DNA from: an uncultured Desulfobacter sp.
Lineage (GTDB): Bacteria > Desulfobacterota > Desulfobacteria > Desulfobacterales > Desulfobacteraceae
Direction: 5' to 3'
Assembly (NCBI GenBank): GCA_963665095.1
Contig: OY762069.1
Coordinates: 6,176,001-6,240,000, forward strand
Length of the DNA stretch: 64,000 nucleotides
The stretch's first letter is position 1. The number at the start of each line of letters is the position of its first letter. This document shows, in pieces, positions 58,856 through 64,000 of the stretch. A program made the translations under genes and the position numbers. The notes under the pieces were generated by a model, which was not told the DNA's origin, ran no database searches, and saw nothing but the letters and a program-made list of their open reading frames with translations.

Positions 58856-61540
58856 TTAATGTTCCGCATCGGCCCAACTTTTTCCCGCTCCAAAGTTCAC
58901 TTTCAACGGGACCTTAAGCGGTGTGACATTTTCCATAATATCCCTGGCCAGGTCCACCAGGGCCTCTTTTTCTTCCACAGGGGCTTCGAATATAATTTCA
59001 TCATGTACGGAGAGCAGCATTTTTGAGGCCATCTCTTTTTTCTTAAGGGCTGCCTCCATCTTGATCATAGCAAGTTTAATCAGGTCCGCAGCGCTGCCCT
59101 GAATGGGCGTATTCACGGCAGCCCGCTGGGCAAAGTTCCTCAGGTTGGCGTTGGATGAGCGAATATCATCCAGGCGCCGTTTTCTGCCAAACAGGGTGGA
59201 TACCTCGCAGGTGTCCCGGGTCTGTTTGATGGTTTTGTCAATGAATGCCTTTACCCCGGCATAGCGTTTGAAATAGCTGTTGATATAGGTCTCAGCCATT
59301 TTGCGGCTGATTTTTAGCTCATTGGAGAGGCGGAATGCACTCATGCCGTATACAATACCAAAATTAATGGCTTTGGCCTGGCTTCGCATGTCATCGGTGA
59401 CCATGCCGGGCAATATTTCAAAGACCTCCAGGGCGGTACGGGTATGGATATCTTCATCATTGTTAAATGATTCAATGAGGATAGGATCCTGGGCGCAGTG
59501 GGCCAGCAGCCGCAATTCTATCTGGGAGTAATCTGCAGAAATAAGGACACAGCCGTCCGCCGGGATAAATGCCTGGCGGATTTTTTTGCCCTCGGGCTTG
59601 CGTATGGGGATGTTCTGCAGGTTGGGATTGGAGGATGACAACCGCCCGGTCACAGTAATGGTCTGGTTAAAAGAGGTATGTATTCGCCCTGTGCCCGGAT
59701 TTGTCAGGGCCGCCAGGGCATCCACATAGGTGGATTTCAGCTTGCCAAGGGTTCTGAAACGCAACAGTTTTTCCGGCAGCTCATGGGTGTCAGCCAGGGT
59801 TGTCAGCACCTGGACATCTGTGGAGTATCCGGTTCTCTTTTTTGTTTTTTTTACGGTTTTCAGCCCCAGCTTTTCAAACAGGATGACGCCAAGCTGCTGG
59901 GAGGAGTTGATGTTGAACTCTTCTCCGGCCAGCTCATAAATGTTCTGTTCCAGGCTTTTAAGCTCGGTTTCAAATTCCTTTGACATCTGGCCCAGCACAT
60001 CAGTATCCACTCGGATACCAGCCATTTCCATTTTGGCCAGAACGGTTATCAGGGGCACCTCAATGGTCTCCATCAGCGGCATCAGGCCCTTGTCTTCGAT
60101 CTGTTTTTTCAGCGCTGCACAGGCCATGAAAGTCAGATCTGCATCTTCGGCCGCATAGTCTGCGGCCAGATCCAGGGGCACTTCCTGAAATCCAATCTGG
60201 TCCTTTCCCTTGCCGGTCACCTCTTCGTAGGCAATCATTTTGTATCCGAAAAGGTTCATGGCAATGCGGTCCAGACTGTGTCCCCGGGTACCGGGATTGA
60301 GCAGGTGGGAGGCGATCATGGTGTCAAATACAATGCCCTGAATGTCAATGCCGTATCGGGCCAGGACTATGAGATCATATTTGATATTCTGGCCCACCTT
60401 GCCGATGTCCGGGTTCTCAAGCAGGGGCTTGAAAATGCGCAGGATCTCATCTTTTTCAGGCATGGCTGTCACACCCGTGTTGGTGTGCGCCACCGGGATA
60501 TAAAATCCTGAATCATCCATGTAGGAAAAAGAGAGCCCCACCAGGTCCGCTGCCATGGGATCAATGCCGGTGGTCTCCGTATCCACGGCAAACAGTCCCT
60601 TGTTTTCAAGCACTGAGGCCAGCTTTTCCATCTCATTGACGGATGTGATCAGCTTGTATATTTTTTGGGATTTATCCGCCTTGTCTGCGAACTCCGTAGC
60701 AAGCGTTTTAAATTCAAAGGCCTGGAAGAGTTCAAATGCCTTGTGGGTATCAAAAGGGGCAAGCTTGAATGCATCCAGTTCCAAATTCACCTCCACATGG
60801 CGGTCAATGGCGGCCAACTTCCGGCTCAATGTAACAATCTGCCTGGCACCTGACAGGCTTTCATGCAGTTTCTTCTTTTTTTTCAGGCTGTCCAGGTTGT
60901 CATAGATGTTTTGGATGGAGCCGAATTCAGCAATCAGTTTTATGGCTGTTTTGGGACCGACTCCTTTTACCCCGGGAATATTGTCGGCTGTGTCTCCGGC
61001 AAGTCCCAGCACATCAATGAACTGTTCAGGCTCAATACCCATCTCCTCTTTGACGCCTGTCCGGTCTGTGACCGTGTCCTTCATGGGGTCCCACAGGGAA
61101 CAGTCATCCGTAATGAGCTGGATAAAATCCTTGTCCCCTGTGACCATGACCACTTTAAAACCATTCTCCTGCGCAATCCGGGCATAGGTGCCCACAAGAT
61201 CGTCTGCCTCATATCCGGTTTTCTGGATGATAGGGATGTTCAAGGCCTTGACCACTGATTTGATATCCGGGATCTGGAGGGCCAGCTCTTCGGGCATGGG
61301 CGGCCGGTTTGCCTTGTACTCGTCATACATTTTATGTCGGAAAGTCGGCCCTTTGACATCAAAAAACACACCGGCATAGGCGGGATTTTTTTCCCTGAGC
61401 AGCTTAAGCAGAATTCGTGTGAATCCAAATGTGGCATTGGTGGGATGCCCGTCAGATGTAGAGAGGCTGCGAATAGCGTGAAATGCCCGGTAAAGAAATG
61501 CACTGCCGTCAATCAGATAAATGGTGCCTGGTGCCGCCAT
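58856..61540 (-). CDS. polA: DNA polymerase I
   Basis: 5'-exonuclease (IDGSAFLYRAFHA, EADD), 3'-exonuclease (DTET), polymerase motifs (ADYSQIELR, KAINFGIVYG, VHDE). Confidence 0.97.
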   Translation of the reverse strand: MAAPGTIYLIDGSAFLYRAFHAIRSLSTSDGHPTNATFGFTRILLKLLREKNPAYAGVFFDVKGPTFRHKMYDEYKANRPPMPEELALQIPDIKSVVKALNIPIIQKTGYEADDLVGTYARIAQENGFKVVMVTGDKDFIQLITDDCSLWDPMKDTVTDRTGVKEEMGIEPEQFIDVLGLAGDTADNIPGVKGVGPKTAIKLIAEFGSIQNIYDNLDSLKKKKKLHESLSGARQIVTLSRKLAAIDRHVEVNLELDAFKLAPFDTHKAFELFQAFEFKTLATEFADKADKSQKIYKLITSVNEMEKLASVLENKGLFAVDTETTGIDPMAADLVGLSFSYMDDSGFYIPVAHTNTGVTAMPEKDEILRIFKPLLENPDIGKVGQNIKYDLIVLARYGIDIQGIVFDTMIASHLLNPGTRGHSLDRIAMNLFGYKMIAYEEVTGKGKDQIGFQEVPLDLAADYAAEDADLTFMACAALKKQIEDKGLMPLMETIEVPLITVLAKMEMAGIRVDTDVLGQMSKEFETELKSLEQNIYELAGEEFNINSSQQLGVILFEKLGLKTVKKTKKRTGYSTDVQVLTTLADTHELPEKLLRFRTLGKLKSTYVDALAALTNPGTGRIHTSFNQTITVTGRLSSSNPNLQNIPIRKPEGKKIRQAFIPADGCVLISADYSQIELRLLAHCAQDPILIESFNNDEDIHTRTALEVFEILPGMVTDDMRSQAKAINFGIVYGMSAFRLSNELKISRKMAETYINSYFKRYAGVKAFIDKTIKQTRDTCEVSTLFGRKRRLDDIRSSNANLRNFAQRAAVNTPIQGSAADLIKLAMIKMEAALKKKEMASKMLLSVHDEIIFEAPVEEKEALVDLARDIMENVTPLKVPLKVNFGAGKSWADAEH

Positions 61541-61625
61541 GATATAATCCCTTTGGAAAAAGTCTATTGAATTATTCTTTAATCAGCGGCATATATACTA
61601 TCTTTTAAAGGAAAGGAGAAGGATT

Positions 61626-61856
61626 ATGTCCCAAGAGGCACCTGCAGTCGCTCTTACCGGGAAAGCCAGACGCCGCAACAGGCGGGTTAAAATTTGCCAT
61701 TGCTGCGGTACTGAAGTCATGTTCTGCTGGCAGTGCCGGTGCGGGTTTGCCATTTGTCAGTCATGTATGTATGAGAATCAGTGGGGGATGACCTGCAACG
61801 GGATTACCTGGTACTGTCCGGATTGCGGCGGACAGAACGGATACGGCAACCAATAG
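61626..61856 (+). CDS. Small Cys-rich putative zinc-binding protein
   Basis: SD AGGAG/AAGGA; CHCC...CWQCRC...CQSC...CNG...CPDC; 15 bp upstream of purN. Confidence 0.7.
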   Translation: MSQEAPAVALTGKARRRNRRVKICHCCGTEVMFCWQCRCGFAICQSCMYENQWGMTCNGITWYCPDCGGQNGYGNQ

Positions 61857-61871
61857 GAAAGGGGAAAGAAA

Positions 61872-62597
61872 ATGGCAGAAAAACTAAAGGTCGGGACTCT
61901 GATTTCCGGGGGCGGCACCAATCTGCAGGCTATCATTGATGCCTGCAGCCAAGGCTGTATTGATGCCCGGATTAGTTTTACCGGGTCTGACGTGGCCGGG
62001 GTCAAAGGGCTTGAACGGGCCGAAAAAGCCGGGATCAGTACCTTTGTGGTAGACTATGCCCAGATTATTTCTTCCTGCCGCTCCGATAATGAGGCGCTGG
62101 ATGCCCGTTTGCCGGCAGATTTCAACCTGGAGGACATTTTAAAGAAGCAGCGGCTGGTGGATCCTGATAAAGACCGGGAAAAAGCGCTTTTCTTTTTGAA
62201 GACCCGGGCTGTTGCCGAACGAATGCTTCTTGAAAATATGGCAGATTATGAAATGGATTTTCTCGTATTGGCCGGGTTCATGCGGGTGCTGACTCCGTAT
62301 TTTATTGACCGGATCAACACAGAGAAGACCGGACTGAGAATCATCAACATTCATCCGGCCCTGCTGCCGGCATTTCCCGGTACGGACGGATATGGGGACA
62401 CCTTCCGGTATGGCTGCAAAGTAGGCGGATGCACAGTCCATTTTGTCGATTACGGAGAGGACACAGGACCCATTATCGGCCAGAAGTCATTTGAAATTCA
62501 GGATACCGACACCCTGGATGATGTCAAAAGAAAAGGTCTGGAAAAAGAGTGGGAGCTCTATCCTGCCTGTATCCAGAAGATTGCGCAGTCCCGGTAA
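61872..62597 (+). CDS. purN: Phosphoribosylglycinamide formyltransferase
   Basis: ISGGGTNLQAII, LAGFMRVL, NIHPALLPAFPG, GCTVHFVD...DTGPII. Confidence 0.93.
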   Translation: MAEKLKVGTLISGGGTNLQAIIDACSQGCIDARISFTGSDVAGVKGLERAEKAGISTFVVDYAQIISSCRSDNEALDARLPADFNLEDILKKQRLVDPDKDREKALFFLKTRAVAERMLLENMADYEMDFLVLAGFMRVLTPYFIDRINTEKTGLRIINIHPALLPAFPGTDGYGDTFRYGCKVGGCTVHFVDYGEDTGPIIGQKSFEIQDTDTLDDVKRKGLEKEWELYPACIQKIAQSR

Positions 62598-62637
62598 TTT
62601 TTTCAGGGCATAGAAAAACAGCCTGACAGGCCTTTTT

Positions 62638-63858
62638 CTATGCTTCAGAGAAAAAGGAATCTGCCATTTTTAATGCATCCAGGTAAAATGCGGGTAGTTT
62701 TTTTATCAATTTGGAATCTTCGGCTGCCTGAAACCGGGTATGGGACCATTTCCCCTGCTTGAAACTAGTGATCAGGTCGTTGAGTTGGCTAAATACTTTA
62801 TCTTTTCCTAACAGAGCGTCCTTGATTTTTTCGGATAAAGTTATTTTTTCAAGAATATCCTTCATGGGCATGTCTATAATGGCATCCATGGTGGAGAACA
62901 GTCCAACAGTAAACAGCTCCTCCGGTGAAAATTGGGTTTTAATGACCTGCCCGCATTGTTCACACATTCTGGCCTTTATGACAGAAGAACGGACCAGTTC
63001 GTTGGGTTTGTCCGGGTTCATATCTGACACCACCACCACGCTGACAAATTTTTTCAACTCCTGAAGACCGAGGAACGTGATGGCATCCTTAATTGTGTCA
63101 ACAGCCGTGGGGCGCTGGAAATAAGCAGAGTTGATAAAGCTTAACAGTTTGAAAGAGATGGCCACATCGTTTTTAATTAAATCCTCAATGACTTTAAGAT
63201 CCGGCTCTTCGCGTGTGACCTCATTTAACAGCTTCAGGTTGGTTACCTGGTTTGCGCTCAGCCCTTTGCGGGACAGTACCTCCGGTTTTGAAAAGAAATA
63301 GCCCTGGAAAAGCTGAAAGCCCATTCCTTTTGCCTGTTCAAACTCTTCATAGGTCTCCACCTTTTCACAAAGCAGAGTGATGTGGCTTAATTCCTTCTCA
63401 ATTCTGGACAGAACCGGTCCCAAGGTATCCAGAGGCGTGGCCATGATATCAAATTTAATCATATCACACAGGCTGATCATCTCATCAAATTTCTGGTCGT
63501 ACACAAAATCATCCAGGGCAATGCGGAATCCATTATCTTTAAAGGTGTTAAGCGCATCAATGACTGCCGGTTCCGGTTCAATATTTTCTAAAACTTCAAT
63601 GATGATGTGTTCTTTAGGAAACAGCAGCGGTGTCTGTTTAACTAAAAGATCCTGGGTAAAGTTGATCAACCCTGGTTTGCCGGACAGAATGTCATTTAGA
63701 CCAAAGGAGAAAAAGGTGTTGGACAATACGCCGGATGTAGCGGTTGATCCGTCAATATTCGGAAATACATTGTCAAGGCCGAGCCTGAATAAAAGCTCAT
63801 AACCGAAAATCTTCTTCTTTGGGGTAAATACAGGCTGGCGGGCAACAAAAATATCCAT
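62638..63858 (-). CDS. EAL-HDOD domain protein (YuxH/PdeH-like)
   Basis: FVARQP, YELLFR, IEVLE, ALDDF, EKVET, FQGYFF, followed by a HDOD-like region (LLSFINSA). Confidence 0.88.
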   Translation of the reverse strand: MDIFVARQPVFTPKKKIFGYELLFRLGLDNVFPNIDGSTATSGVLSNTFFSFGLNDILSGKPGLINFTQDLLVKQTPLLFPKEHIIIEVLENIEPEPAVIDALNTFKDNGFRIALDDFVYDQKFDEMISLCDMIKFDIMATPLDTLGPVLSRIEKELSHITLLCEKVETYEEFEQAKGMGFQLFQGYFFSKPEVLSRKGLSANQVTNLKLLNEVTREEPDLKVIEDLIKNDVAISFKLLSFINSAYFQRPTAVDTIKDAITFLGLQELKKFVSVVVVSDMNPDKPNELVRSSVIKARMCEQCGQVIKTQFSPEELFTVGLFSTMDAIIDMPMKDILEKITLSEKIKDALLGKDKVFSQLNDLITSFKQGKWSHTRFQAAEDSKLIKKLPAFYLDALKMADSFFSEA

Positions 63859-64000
63859 TGAGCTGAAAACTCCCTGAGTTAAACTTATTACATATTGCTG
63901 TCATGGTTGGGCCTGATTTTTTGTCCAGGGGGTGCCATGATAGAATAAGTAATATTTTATTGTTGTTATAGGTTAAACCAATAAAAAACAAGTAGGTAAA

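Overview
A 64-kb bacterial chromosome segment. Gene content and style suggest a sulfate-reducing deltaproteobacterium, possibly Desulfobacteraceae (inference only). The right two-thirds (about 25.6-64 kb) is mostly housekeeping and signalling: mnmG, a DnaJ-like chaperone, hpt, tRNA-Met, a dpp-type peptide ABC operon with murein-peptide recycling enzymes, leuCD, an MCP, NAD kinase, polA, purN, and EAL proteins including a PTS-IIC/EAL fusion. The left third is a plastic region. An acyl-CoA ligase (3731-5533) and a TetR plus MaoC/ACAD/thiolase/DUF35/amidohydrolase/ligase cluster (15044-23135) share one operator motif but are separated by an ~8.4-kb AT-rich island bracketed by an imperfect direct repeat. 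The island holds the most striking object: a precisely delimited ~4-kb RIT-like element (6491-10493). It encodes three tyrosine recombinases preceded by two translationally coupled zinc-finger genes, and has 11-bp inverted arms and an 8-bp duplicated core (AATACCAT). The island also carries an HNH fragment fused to an IS1634 fragment, a probably leaderless MarR operon and a HigBA-type toxin-antitoxin pair. A complete IS1634 without a target duplication closes the plastic region. All calls come from reading motifs by eye; no database searches were run.
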